DNA from: Mobula birostris
Lineage: Eukaryota
DNA length: 64,000 nucleotides
NCBI RefSeq assembly: GCF_030028105.1
Contig: NC_092376.1
Span: forward strand, 179,776,080 to 179,840,079
Direction of reading: 5' to 3'
The position numbers and the translations under genes are program-made. The notes beneath the pieces are model-generated. The model worked only from the letters and a program-made list of their open reading frames with translations. It searched no databases and had not been told where the DNA came from. How positions within the stretch are numbered: position 1 is the stretch's first letter; every line of letters begins with the position of its first letter. Positions 38,700-52,499 of the stretch are shown in pieces.

Positions 38700-38890
38700 A
38701 AAAATTAAAGTTGCACACCGTTAAATACACAAAGCTGGTGATCGATCTTAGTGGAGGCACTCTTGCTTTAAGAGTATTTGCTGTTATTATTGGTCAAGTC
38801 CCTAAGTGTCGCTCTCTACCAATGAGGGGAGAAAATGTGGCCGAGGATCTTGCATCACGCCGCTCTCAGCATACACTCTGCAGTGTCGAG
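38700..38890 (+). promoter_or_regulatory. Clustered-protocadherin promoter with CSE between inverted CCAAT boxes
   Basis: ATTGG 38789-38793; TCCCTAAGTGTCGCT 38799-38813 (CTCF-like, CGCT core); CCAAT 38819-38823; about 290 bp upstream of the ATG. Confidence 0.9.
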
Positions 38891-39102
38891 GAGGATTCTT
38901 TGTTCCATGCGCCGGTCTCGGTGTAGGAAATGCGAATTCTGCGAAATTTGTTGTAACAGGAGAGACAAAAGAAATCCTCTCGGATCTTCAGAAGATATAC
39001 AGCTTTTAATCGTCACAACCAAGGTAACCAACAATTCCATCGCTTGCGGTCTTGCCAGATATATTCCATCCGGCGGCTATTCCTGGATTCATGTAATTCA
39101 AA

Positions 39103-41556
39103 ATGGCTTCAACACTGAAAAAAGGAGTGTTGCATGTTGCTATTTTTCACGTGCTACTCTTTCGCTTTCCTGATTCAGTACAAGGCAATATTCGCTACTC
39201 AATACCGGAAGAGATGGGACTGGGAGCTTTCGTTGGCAACGTTGCACGAGATCTCAGCTTGGAGGTTAAGCAGCTTTCTGAGCGCAAATTTCGAGTTGCA
39301 TCAGAGAAGCAAAGGGAATATCTCGCTGTAAACCTAACAACTGGAACGATATTTATAAAAGAAAGAATCGACAGAGAACAACTTTGCGGTCATATTTTTA
39401 GATGCATGCTGATGCTGGAGGCTGTAGTTGAGAATCCACTTAAGGTATTTCACATTGAAGTTGATATTCTCGATATTAACGACAATGCGCCCATATTTAA
39501 GAGAACGGAGATTAGCAAAGAAATATCTGAAATGACGCCAGTCGGAACAATATTTCCACTCCCGAGCGCAAAGGACGGGGACATTGGAAGCAACAGTATT
39601 CATTCCTATCAGCTGAGCCCAAGCGAGTATTTTTCGTTGAATTTATTGTCAGACAGCGAGCAGGTTGGCATGCCAGAATTGCTTTTGCAACAGTCCCTAG
39701 ACCGAGAGCAACAAACAGTACATCGACTAACCCTGACGGCATTTGATGGGGGGAACCCAGAAAAAATCGGAACAGCCCAAGTCGTCGTTAATGTACTCGA
39801 TGCCAACGACAACCCTCCGATTTGCGGACAGAGCGTCTATCAAATTACAATCCCGGAAAATGTGCCTGAAGATTATTTGATAGTGAAGGTAACAGCCAAT
39901 GACTTGGATGAAGGACTAAATGGTGAGGTAACTTACTCTTTCAGCGATCACACTTCGGATAAAGTACGTGAGTTATTTACATTGGATGCAGCAAGTGGCG
40001 AAATTAAGGTTGATGGTGTTGTGGACTTCGAAGAAGCAAATAACTACCAGATTTTGGTGCAAGCTGCAGACAGAGGTACACAACGAAACTCAGTATACTG
40101 TAAGGTTTTGTTAAATATTACGGATGTTAATGATAACTGGCCTGAAATCACTGCAACATCCGCTTTCAACACAATACCAGAAAATGTTGCTGCGGGCACG
40201 GCAGTGTCTGTTGTAAGAGTCACGGACCGAGATTACAAAAATTCGCCGAACGTTTCCTGCAGTATCCCTCGAAGTATCCCCTTCAATCTTAATTCTTCAT
40301 TCAACAACTACTACACGCTAATTACTCGTGGTAACATAGATCGTGAAAAAGTGCCGGAGTATAATATTACAATTACGTGCACAGACAATGGTTCACCCCC
40401 TCTTACTACCAGGAAAATTATTCGAGTTCAAGTCGCAGATATCAATGACAATGCCCCACGATTTACGCAATCTTCTTACACGGTGTACGTAGTAGAGAAT
40501 AATGTTATTGGTTCTTCAATTGGATCAGTGTCAGCTAGTGACCCAGATTCTAATCAGAGTGCCCAATTGTCTTACTTTATTTTGGATAGCCTGATAAACA
40601 GTTGGCCTTCAGACACCCTTGTCTCAATAAGTTCGACCGGTGGAGTGCTGTTTGCTCGAAAATCGTTTGATTATGAAGAAGTTAAATCCTTTTCATTCCA
40701 TGTGCAAGTAAAAGATGCAGGAGCCCCGCCGCTTAGCAGTAACGTCGCCGTGAAGGTAGTCATCATAGATCAGAATGATAATGCTCCTGTGATTTTGTCG
40801 CCTTCATTGGCAATTGATGAACCGATACCACGATCTGCAGAGTCTGGTTACTTGGTTTCAAAAGTTACGGCCACAGATGCCGATTCTGGCCAAAGCGCCC
40901 AACTCTCCTATGAACTTCGTCAGCCAACTGATGAAAGTTTGTTTACCGTATCTTCAGAAACGGGCGAAATTTGGACAATTCGCCGATTTGACCATAGAGA
41001 TCCGCTCCGGCAGAAGATTGTAATTTTGGTGAAGGACAATGGAACCCCATCCCTTTCAAGTACAGTCACGATTAACGTATCAGTGCAGGGAGATTTAGCA
41101 GAAAGTTCATCCAAAGCCGGTTTGCTTGGGAGAACTGGACCTTGGAAATCTGATTTGAAACTTTATCTGATTATTTTGTTCAGCACGACGTCATTTATTT
41201 TACTTGTAGCAATTGTATTCCTCAGCATTAAAGTATACAGGAACAGATATTATGGCAACAGGTGCTTTCAGGCCACCTCATATCTTCCACGGAGAATTTC
41301 GCCCTATGGAATTCAAAAGGCCAGTGTGACTCTTCAAATGCCGTCTAATTATAGGGATTCACGTGATGGTGACAGTCTCCCAAAGGAATTTATTGATGAG
41401 ATGACACCAGATGAAGCGTTCAATGATCTTATGCGTCTGAAAATACATGAGAGTTTGGCTGCATCCACGATTAATAAGAAGAATGGAACAAGTGTACCTG
41501 TAGATCACAGAAACACCACATATACTTCGCGCGGGGATACACCAGGATATTACAAG
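39103..41556 (+). CDS. Clustered protocadherin variable exon B (818 codons)
   Basis: ORF 39103-41592 with six cadherin repeats, C-X5-C (CGHIFRC) and TM 'YLIILFSTTSFILLVAIVFLSI'. Donor AAG|GTGAGA at 41556/41557, phase 0. Confidence 0.97.
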
Positions 41557-43236
41557 GTGAGAGTAATTTTCCTAAAATCCCTGGAAATGTGAGCGTAGGA
41601 TATCGCTAATGAGTGCGACTTGGCGGTAAAATGAATTCGGAACGATTCACTATTGGTTTAGTGAATAACCTTCCTCTTGTTTCGAGCGGATGCTCTGCAC
41701 AGTCTTGTTCAAAATATAAGGAACTGTTTACAAAACATACATTAGACACTATCATTTTTGAAGCAGCGAACAACAGAGGGATTAATCGCAAAGGCAGGGA
41801 AAACATTGCTTATAAATTCCACAATAATCCTCTTTCAATAAAATTAACACTTCATTGAGCTAAAATTTGCTCATAACTTTAAGCTTTACAAAACAAGTCA
41901 ATTTAAGATACCTAAGGAAATGAAATTATATATTCAGTATATTGGGCCAAAGAATCACATACATTGAGTTTGAAACTAAGGTTTTTTTTCTGAAAACCCG
42001 TTAAATTTTTAGCAATAATGGGGCAAAGAATACTGAGTTCAAAATACTGAGTTCCCAGCAGAAACAAGCAGCATAGTACTTCACGACGTCTCCTTTATTC
42101 AAGCAATGAAGGTGACCTGGCGCAGTAATTGCTGTTGCTTCTTCAGCGATGCGAGTTCGGTGCTGACTTCCAGTTGAATGTGTGTTCCCGTAGATTTCCG
42201 CCTGTTCCTCTGCTTTATTTCTACTGTGTACAGGTGGCTCTCATGGCTTCATTTAAATAATAGTTTAGCATAGGTAAGTGGGGAAGAACAGTCAAAAGCG
42301 AGATTATGGACATGCGAAGGGAGTGTAGACTGAATAAGAGATGGAAACGGCGTCGGAAGTGATGTGTTGCTAGAAGCCGGCAGACCCCAATGGAAGAATA
42401 GCCTCCTTTTGTTTCAAACTAAACAAGGAGCAGTCCGCACCTTTCCATTATTTTTTCCATAACCTGTAGTCCAAAATTGTTTATCTGAGCTGTGAAGAAC
42501 CTAAACGAATAGCTTTTCACAGTTGTCCCCAAGTCCAGAAATCCATGACTTCTGCAAGAGTTCTTACTACCTGTCATTGTAAAGCCAAGCTCTTTGGTTC
42601 CAGATTTCCATTCAAGTATTCTCTCAGCATGTCAGCTGTCGAACACTCTTGGAGTGCTATATTTTTTCCCAATAATATCACCCCTGATAAATGAATGCAC
42701 ACTAATCATGGTAAACCCTAAAGGAAATAGGGGAGTGGGTGTGGGCTTGTAGAACGAAGGAAATGGATGAGCAAGGGCATTGAACTAATTGATACAGATA
42801 TAAGATGAAAACATGTAGAAAATTACGCCTGAACTTTGAATTTTGACGTATGCCAAATTTCACCCAGAATGTGACAGCAAGCCTTGGTAAGTATTGCTAA
42901 AATTTAGACTTTGACCGTGTGCTCAATATCGCATGTTCTAATGCTGAACTTGTACATAAAGATGCAAACACCCGCGAGGAGTTATTATTATAATTTCGAA
43001 GATTTAGATATGTGTAGTTGAACAGAATGAGCCAACTGAAATAACGTTTCCCTGCATAAAGGTGCATAACACAATACAAGTAACCCAAATGGAACACATA
43101 AAGTATTGTTCCAAGAAAGAAATTACAAATATTAAAATATATTCCAGAAGATTGACAGAAGTTGAAGAATGTTGAATAAGGAGGCTCTGCTTAAAACAAA
43201 TGGGAGGCCGATTTAAGAACGATTGAGGAAGTTGTT

Positions 43237-43239
<3 letters not shown>

Positions 43240-43272
<33 letters not shown>
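43240..43272. repeat. (CT)n microsatellite
   Basis: Perfect (TC)n run. Confidence 0.95.
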
Positions 43273-43274
<2 letters not shown>

Positions 43275-43779
43275 AAAGCGAATTTCTACATCCTTTCAAA
43301 GGCTGTCAATATGATAAATTATATATTTTCAGGCGAGGTACATAATTTCTTGTAACGCAAGATATTGAACAAACCCTGCGGGTAGGCAAAAATATATGGC
43401 TGATATGATGATAAGATTGTGACTCATCTAAATCTGTGATATGCGGATAATTCTGTAAAACTGCATTGGTGCTTTTTTTTAATGCTTGTCGTGCTGTTAC
43501 ATTCATTGTTATACTTTCCTGTTAGAAATGATTTTTGCTTGAGAGGATAAATATTGACTTACGTGTATAAATAAACTTTCATTTCGCGAATTAATTTATT
43601 TAAATTGATGTATAGAACTAATGATTAGATTACATTTTTGGAGAAAAATTTATGCAGTTTTAAATTTCCGTATAAACGCTGTAAACTTCCGTTTAAACAA
43701 ATCAAAGGCACGGCCCCTAGCTATTGAGGAACAGAAAGTTGTTGAAGTCCAGAGAACAATAAAGGTGAATTATAGAAGC

Positions 43780-44155
43780 CGGAAGAGTTGTCAAGAATCC
43801 ATACAGAATACGTGTCTTAAGTACCCAGGGCTCACACTGGTTAGGCGGCAGCTGGAGTCCATGCAGAGTACTCACAGTTACAGGATAGCACGCAGGGTTT
43901 AGTGCCGACATAGTATTCCAGGATGTTGCCCGAAGTGACGTGTTTCATTTCTGAGGAGAGTTTGAAGAGACTGGGTTATTTGCTTTGAAGCAAAGGATGC
44001 TAAATGGGGACATTAGAAAGGGATACAAGGGATAATAGAGATGGGCAAGGTAGATAGTTAGAAAACGTTATCCACAGCAGAGGCATGCTAAACAAATAGG
44101 TCCGGATTTAAGTAAGGGTTAAAAGGTTTGAAAGGAATATGAGGGGGATTTTGAT
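43780..44155 (+). mobile_element. Decayed CR1 3' ORF2 fragment
   Basis: 'TLVRRQLE', 'RMLPE...EESLKRLGYLL' remnants. Confidence 0.55.
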
Positions 44156-44159
44156 TTAG

Positions 44160-44770
44160 TCTAGAACATACTTACCTGCACAAAATTCGTGGAGCTGTCT
44201 TCCTTTCTGATGACACAAACATGGGCTACGACGTGGAAAAAGTAGAGGGCTTTCAAGGAAGCAGCTGGTAGCCGCTAAGGCAGTTATCTGCGCTCTACTC
44301 ATCACTGTCACTTTGAGCTCCCAGTTAAAATCCAAGTTAATTCCTCTCCCCATTCACACACTAATCTGCTCGGCCTTCTCTACCACCATAGCGGAGCCCA
44401 ATATAAACCAGAGGAATAACACTTTATATTCCGTTCGGTTGATATTAAACCCAATTCCATCAACACCGAGTTTTCCAATTTTAGGTAACCGCCCTTCCGG
44501 TGTTTTTACACTCGCCCACCCCGTTTATCCGCACTCACTCTCCTTCCAAATTTGATACAGTTCTCCCATTTTTGTCCCTCCGCTCGCTCCACCATCACCT
44601 ATCTTCGACCCCTCCCGGTCCTGGATCCATTCACGGGTCATCCACAGGACTTCCCCTGCCCTATTTTTTTCTTCTGGTATCATTACCATTCCCTGCTATG
44701 GCAATAGTCCCATGGTCACCTTGTAGAAGTAACACTTGCCTGAAGATACTCCAGCATAACTTTTCAAATT
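44160..44770 (+). mobile_element. Penelope-like element 3' fragment (end of GIY-YIG domain and terminal repeat)
   Basis: 'ccagaggaataacactttatattccgttcgg' resembles LEEQHLIFRLG; pyrimidine-rich tail and 'cctgaagatactccagcat' end. Confidence 0.5.
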
Positions 44771-44892
44771 CTGAAGGAGATTTAACACCTTGCACTGGAC
44801 AATATGTGCTTATAATTTCAGGATCATTTCCATGTCGCCGTAAATTTATTCAAAATGAAATTTCTTCTTAGTCTTGTGTTGTCTTTCATTTG

Positions 44893-45240
44893 AACATAGA
44901 AATATAGAAACATAGAAAGCCTACAGCACAATAAAGGCCCTTCGGCCACAAATCTGTGCTGAACATGTCCTCACTATAGAAATTTCCTAGGGTTACCGAT
45001 AGCCCTCTATTCTTTTAAGCTCCATGTATCTATCAGCAGTCTCTTGAAATACCCTATTGCACTGCCTCCACCACGGCTGCCGGCAGCCCACTCCACGCAC
45101 TCACTACTCTCGGTGTAAAAAACTTACCCCTGTCATCTCCTCCGTACCTGCTTCCAAGTACCTTAAAATTGTGCCCTCTCGTGTTAGCCATTTCAGCCCT
45201 GACTATCCACACGATCAAAGTCTCTCAATGGATACTTCTC
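44893..45240 (-). mobile_element. CR1 3' end
   Basis: Reverse complement of the element at 1-325, with (aacataga)n tail. Confidence 0.8.
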
Positions 45241-46740
45241 TTCGGTATTCACCAATGAGAGGGAACTTTAGGTCAGCATGTAATTCTGTCACTGAGACAA
45301 ACAATATACGGTAATTCATCAGATCTGATAAAACTGTCCTTGAGGTGAATCATAATCTTATTTTCTGTCTCCATAGATTATGCCTAATTGCTCTTTATTT
45401 TCAGTCTCTTCTGAGTATGTTTATTGGCTTAGGAACATAGAGGCAGCGTGTTTCTGTTTTACTTACGGCTGAGGTAGAAAGCTGGCTATACATTAGTTTA
45501 AAGAGGATAGAACGTTTTTCGTTCTCAGCTGAAGGATAGAATCCAAGAAAGGGGAAACTGTGCTAAAATTTAACACAGAGAAAATTGAACCACAAATTAG
45601 ATAATGCATATTACAGGAAAATGTGTTTGCATTAGAAGAAGTTTCTACAACGTTGTCAGGAAGAGTATATTGAAAGTGAAATAAAAGCTTAATTGAGTTA
45701 TTTGTGTTGTTACTGGGGATAGTGTATAGTTACATAAAAACACAAAGGTCAGTTTCATTACAATTTTAATAAAGAAATTTAAATCAAGGGTATGCTGCTA
45801 AAACTAATCCACATTTGGCTCATTGGTGAGCCAGCAACTGTTGAAACATGAGTAATAATAAGTTGTTATATTTGCCTGTGTCAGGTAATGTGCTTTACAT
45901 AAAATTGATCCGTGTTTCTGATGGGACAATTGCTTTACCGAACAGGTACATTGCAGCAGATGATGCAGGAGAGTCGTCTGGTTGATACTGAGTATAAATC
46001 ATATTACAGAAACTGGCATTTTTTAAGACAACCGCTCAATATTGTACTTTCACTAAAATTTAACCAGCTTCATTATTTCGGCGTATGAGATTAGAATTCA
46101 ATGAAGGAAAAAGTTTTACTTATCTACCCGTAACTTGCTATCATTATAAACTGGCATGTTCCAATCCTTGAACAATCTGCGTTATCAAGTTCAATAACAC
46201 CTCCAAAATCTACGGACCAAACCCCTTACGTTGCTAATCTTTCTGGACAGACATATTTCTATTAATCCTATCATCTCTTTCTTATAAAAAAAAAACACGT
46301 AAGTCTTGACACAGATGGAATGCGTGAATGCAAGAACACTGCAGTGCATAACGTACAGGATTCACTGTCACTGGCCCATGGATTCTGCGGAATTGTCAGT
46401 AAATGAAAATTCGATAAGCAACACACACTAAAACACGACGTGTTCCAAAACCGCCGAATCTTGTTATCTCGATTCTATGACAACATTTACATTTTTATTA
46501 GATACGTAAGTAGTTCGAATTAATATCTAAGCATTCAGTCAAAACCACTGGACAATAATCGTCTTTCTTTTGTTCTCCACCCTTGGTTTAATTCCATTTC
46601 TCTGTGACCATAAATAAACACATACTTTATTCAGAATGATGAAGCAAAACGTTGCCAATATTTTCATGGCAAATGAAGAATACAAAATGAAATTTGGTTG
46701 TACAACTTTAAATGCAGGCAACTGTACTTGCTGTGCTCAT

Positions 46741-46880
46741 CAGAAGCATTGCTGCTTTAAGTGTGCCTGCTCTTATAATTGGTCGAATCTCTATGTCGCT
46801 GTCGACCAATGAGGTGAAGGAATGTTGCTGGTGATCTTCCACCACTCCCCCACAACACAAAGAGCAGTGCAGCGTCAAAT
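46741..46880 (+). promoter_or_regulatory. Clustered-protocadherin promoter with CSE between inverted CCAAT boxes
   Basis: ATTGG 46778-46782, ATGTCGCTGTCGACCAATGAG (CGCT 46797-46800, CCAAT 46806-46810), about 305 bp upstream of ATG 47104. Confidence 0.9.
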
Positions 46881-47103
46881 ACTCGACACAATCGACAGTC
46901 GGCGTTCTCGGTTCACATCCCAGGTCTGAGACTTTACATCTCGTAACGACCATGACCATAACAAAATTTAATTTACATCCCGTGTTTACCATCGGACATA
47001 ATCTGGAAATTCAAGGTAAGGCGCAGTTACGTACTTGATGCAGCGGCAGAAAACATTGCTTCTCAGAGAAAAGGACAACTATATTTGCAGAACGATCGCC
47101 CAA

Positions 47104-49542
47104 ATGGCCGATTTAGTAAAGTGGCTTAGAATGCAATGGAGTTTTGTCTTATTAAGCAGCATTGTTACACTGGATACTGTTTGCGGAGTAATTAATTATG
47201 ATATTCCTGAAGAATTAGAGCCAGGTTCTGTTGTTGGAAATATTTCAAAGGATCTGGGGTTAGATATACGCCAACTGATGGTACGTAAGTTGCATGTTGT
47301 ATCAAGACGTAAAAAACAGTATCTGGACGTCGATTTAAACGCAGGAACTCTGTTCACGAAAGTGAAGATAGACAGGGAACAGCTTTGTGAACAAAACCAC
47401 GCATGCACATTGAACTTGGAAGCTGTGCTTCAAGAACCCCTGCAAATATATGCTGTTGAAGTTGAAATTCTCGATATAAACGACAACGCCCCCGTGTTTC
47501 AGAAAAACGAGTACCGCTTAGATATCTCAGAAAAGGCTTCAGCTGGGATGCGCTTCCCACTCCAAAGCGCACAAGACCTGGATATCGGTACAAATTGCAT
47601 TCGCTCATATCAACTGACCCCCAATGAACACTTTGCTTTAATATCGCAAACAGACAACAATCAAAGTGGCATCCTCGAATTAGTACTCCAAAGACCCCTA
47701 GACCGAGAACAACAACAGACCTATGAGTTAACAGTGACCGCAACTGATGGAGGGGAGCCGCAGAAATTTGGTACCACTAAAATTATAATTCGCGTGATTG
47801 ATGTGAACGATAACGCGCCGGCTTGCGAACAGAATGTCTATCGTATATCCATCCCCGAAAATATACCCCAAAATACTCTGATTGGGAAAGTTACTGCAAT
47901 AGATGCGGACGAAGGTTTAAATGGTGAAGTAATCTATTCTTACAGCGATCGCACTTCTGAAAGAATCCGCAGGTTGTTCAGCCTGGACGCTATAAGCGGA
48001 GAAATCCGAGCGACCGGCACAGTGGACTTCGAAGAGACCAACAAATACACGGTCATGGTGCAAGCTATGGACCGAGGATTGCATGCAATGCCAGCAACTT
48101 GTCAAGTCGTTTTACAAGTTACTGATATTAATGATAACTCTCCTGATATTATGATAACTTCATCAACAGGGTCAATACCAGAGGATGCCCCTCCAGGGAC
48201 ACTTGTTGCCGTTTTAAGAGTTGCAGATGCTGATTCAGGAGAAGCAGGAGATGTTAACTGCCACATCACAGATAATATTCCATTTGTACTTGATTCTTCT
48301 TTCAAACATTATTACACCCTTCTCAGTGCTCGCCTTGTTGATCGAGAAAACGTATCCGAGTACAACATTACAATTACCTGTTCAGATGCGGGCATTCCGC
48401 CCCAGACTGTGAACGAAACCATTCGAGTTCAAGTGTTAGACGTAAATGACAATGCTCCATTCTTTCTACAGACTTCTGTCAACGTGCATATTACAGAAAA
48501 TAACGATATAGGTACTTCTATTGGCTCTGTATCTGCTTTTGACGCAGACTGTGGTGAAAATGCTTCGCTATCGTATTCTATTATAGATGATCTCATTCTT
48601 GGCTTCCGGACTATTAACTTTGTCTCAATTAATCCCATTACTGGCGTTATGTTTGCACAGCACTCTTTCGATTATGAGCAGTTCAATAATTTTCGGGTAA
48701 TTGTACAAGCAGCGGATGGCGGTTCACCCTCGCTGAAGAGCAACACAACTGTAAATGTGCTAATTATCGACCGGAACGATAATGCTCCCGTAATCGTAGC
48801 ACCCATGTCAACTAAAGGCTCAGCATCAAAGGAGACCGTGCCCCGATCTGCCGATCCTGGTTACTTGGTTACTAAGGTCACCGCCACCGACGCCGATTCT
48901 GGGCAGAACGCCCTCCTCACTTATCAGCTTCTTCAGCCGACCGATGAAAGCTTGTTCACTATAGCCTCCCACACGGGAGAAATCTGGACAGTTCGCGCCC
49001 TTGGGAGCAAGGATTCACTCCAACAGAAACTCGTAATCCTGGTAAAGGATGGTGGGGACCCATCGCTTTCAGCCATCGTCGTTGTTCACGTTTCGGTACT
49101 AAAGAATGATAAAGAAACCGCAAACACAGTTACCACAGGAGAGAGCACTGGGTCATCGACAGTCGATTTAAAACTATACTTAATCATCGGGTTTGGCATA
49201 TTATCGTCGGTTCTGTTTATAGCTATTATCTTCCTTGCTGTTAAGATCCACAAATGTCAACATGAAAATGGGAGATGTTGTTGTGCGAAGGTGCTATTCG
49301 AAACCGAACAGTCCACTACGAGTATTCAAATCCCCACCAATTATGTAGAAGTGTACGAAACCGGGGTTCTTCCTCCGTCTTTTTGTTATGACAAATATCC
49401 TAAAGCAAATTCAACCATGAGTGATTTTATTGTTCCTAAGTTTGCCACACCCAGGATTGATATTAGCGATGATTTTGATGTAGTGGAGGGGAAATACATT
49501 GCATTGTCCTGTGTGAATAAGAAGAACATAAAATCTTACCAG
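47104..49542 (+). CDS. Clustered protocadherin variable exon C (813 codons from the likely start MADLVKW)
   Basis: ORF 47035-49635. ATG 47104 (aaATGG) aligns with the paralog starts and precedes the signal peptide. C-X5-C (CEQNHAC), six repeats, TM 'YLIIGFGILSSVLFIAIIFLAV'. Donor CAG|GTAAGC at 49542/49543, phase 0. Confidence 0.96.
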
Positions 49543-52499
49543 GTAAGCTATGTTTACATATATGCGCTGGGATTCGTTAGCGGTCACCTACCTTCTTTCT
49601 CTATCTACATGAATATAGCAAACAGTCAAAATTGAAATGATAGTTTATAAATTAAAAAATATGTATGTTTGATATCCAGTGTTATTCTTTCTTTTTCGTC
49701 CCCAATCATACATTCCCTTAAATGTATTTTCATTTTCTGCTAATACCTGCATATTCTGCCCTTCATAATACCACGAGGAGCTGACTGACAGCTTCTTAAT
49801 TTTACTTCCCCGGTAGTACTGGTTAAAGTTCTCTAAAATTATCCCAGGATAGAAAGTTCCACTATGAAGGACAGAAACTATATTTCTAAATTAGGACGTA
49901 CATATTAAAAAAAAACACGTTGCGCAAAATTTCACCGTCAGGGAAAGGGAAAGCCTTATTTATGAAAATGGAAAGCGTTAAGAATTGTTACCAGTATTTT
50001 GAGAAAATAGTGTCCCTTCTTTTAATCTGCTCCAGCATGTTTTAGGGTTAAATTAGTGTTCAAAAAGAAGAATGTCGTTGCTGAACTGCATAGACATAAC
50101 TGATCTGATCTCGTCTGTAAACAAATAAAATTTATTTTATACAATTCACTGAGAGTGATTGATAGGTCGTGCAAACAAGTAGTACAACTTTTATTTGAGT
50201 TTTTCTCTCATTCACTTCTGTGCCATTCTAGAGGATTGATGTTGCTAAATTCCCTACTCAAACTCAAACCTAATTTGCCATCAAATTCAAACAGACTATT
50301 CAATATCTTACTTTAGCTTTCCCCATCATTTGACCCTTTGGTACCTTTATCCAATAGAAAGCTATATCAAAACTGAAATATTTTATATTATATGGATAAA
50401 CAATCTTATGGAAGGATGTATGGTAGATCTATATAAATGGGATATTCATTCGCATTTTCAGTTCAACCAGCTTCATCTAGTATTTTAGAAACAAATATTG
50501 GCCTGTTTCTAATTCTCGTAGGTGACGTATTATCACTTTATTTTCACAACTCAACAAACATTGTAATTTACACATCTTCCTCCAAAACCACATATACAGG
50601 GGAATGGAGGCTAACTTCTCGCCTCACCATCTCCCCTATGAAGATTCAGTGGAACTGTGGTTAATGTGCAGCACATCCCTTCTATGGCATATATATGATT
50701 CGATTATACATGTGAAATATTTTTCTTGAAGTTGATGCAGGATATGTTAATAAATTCAGTTCCTGGATGAAGCGTACCTTAAAAGGCCAATATGAGTATC
50801 CGGGCTGGAAGTATATGCAGATGACATCAATAAAATAATATGACTTAGAATGATTGAATAGTGATCCAGTGATGATTTTGCACTCTGTGGGGCCAATGGA
50901 ACCATGCAACGTGAATTAATTTCAGGTTAAGATAAAGAACAATTTCTTCTCTCGAAGAGACTGAAATTACTTCGGGATTTTAGTCATGAAGAATGGAAAG
51001 AATAATGCAGAGGATAAACACATGCAAGTTTTCAACATTTTTGCTGAAGTTTACCCAATGTTTAAGGAAACGTCGCATTTTAATTAATGATGACAAAAAG
51101 TTAATGTAATTACTGCAGTATGATATTACAAAATAGGACCTTGAAACGGAACCGATATGTAGACGCAGTGTGCATTGTAATGGCCTGTCAAGGAATGTGT
51201 AAAGAAGTATTTTAACATTGCCCATGGCCAGCAGTGTTTATCTTCCCAGTTTTTTTCCCTAATCCAGTGAGGTACAGGAATCTGCTTAATACTAATGTAT
51301 TCTCCAATCCCGTACCTCACAGGACTGCGGATTAAATGAGTTCTGTCTTTTAAGATGGAGTATTGCACTGATATTGCCTGATCCTCACTACCCCAATTTT
51401 CGAGGCCCGTTAGTGGGTCAAAGACAAAAAGTTACGCCAAATAAATCCTCCTTACTTGGGAATGGTGATAGGGAACCGTCTTAATCTGTGTCTTTACTAT
51501 GGTAGCTCGGGCATGCTTTCTTTAAGCAAGTATCCCAAATAAGAACAACAAGAGGGGTAAACCGAATGGGTTTGGTCTTCTAACCATCTAGAAATACCAG
51601 TATCAACACTCCAGATTCAATTTCCTGCACTGAAGTCGACATGTTACATTTACCGCTTTCCGGGCGATACATTGGGCGCTGTTAATGACCCCTGCAGGAA
51701 GATAGATACCTTAAATATTTCGTGTTTTTTTTTTCTTTCAAATCAACGAATACAGTCTCAAACACTTCTTTTCTGTTCTACTTTCCATCACCACAGTATC
51801 TTAACCACTAGTGTTGCAGTAAGTAGTTGGCACTGCTAAGGAATTAGTACCTTATGCATTTTAATCACACTGCTGCCGAGGAAGCGATAGAACTATAAAT
51901 GAAGTCGCAATATTTTAATCTACTATCATTCATCATACAGTCATGTGATGTTATTCAGTTGCAAAGCACGGTAGAGAAGGAAGTAATATCATTCGTCATA
52001 TTTTAAATCTAATATGATTTGCTTCCGTTCGCTTATCAAAATTTAAGAATGGCATTTTGCTACTTTGTTCTTGTTCATCACGTTTTTATGTCAGTTTTTC
52101 TTTTTCCTGAAGACGTAATGATGACACTCTGAGCAAATAAATCAAGATACTTATTTACTAACTGGAGGTAAAAACATTATTTACAAAAAATCATGGACTC
52201 AAGCCGAAAGCGTTCGATTTCGTTTTCACTTCTGCATACAAGGCCGAACTGCAAGCATGTTCATGTGCATTTTAAGTCCCAATGTCGCATAATTTGATAT
52301 TACTGACAATGATTTTTTTAAAAAAATCTCCAGCTACGCTCGACATCGTTACACTTTGTCTTTGACCGGATACTTAACAATATGTAGCCGTACGCCTTCT
52401 GACTGAGTTGACTGAGGAGAAGAATACCACCCTTTCAGCAATAACAGCCCTCCATAGTCATAATATTGCTACATTGCTGATGTATTTTCAAGTTATAAA

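Noticed and set aside
45241-45262. ACCAATGAGA similar to the 3' half of the promoter block
   Set aside because: No CGCT core or upstream ATTGG; adjacent to a CR1 fragment
47035-47103. 23-aa N-terminal extension of protocadherin C in the ORF track
   Set aside because: The track starts at a TTG. ATG 47104 has better context, aligns with the paralog starts and directly precedes the signal peptide
47735-47756. Possible exonic CTCF site at TATDGG codons of gene C (cgcaactgatggag)
   Set aside because: Explained by protein constraint, a weak match, and not preserved at the equivalent position in A and B
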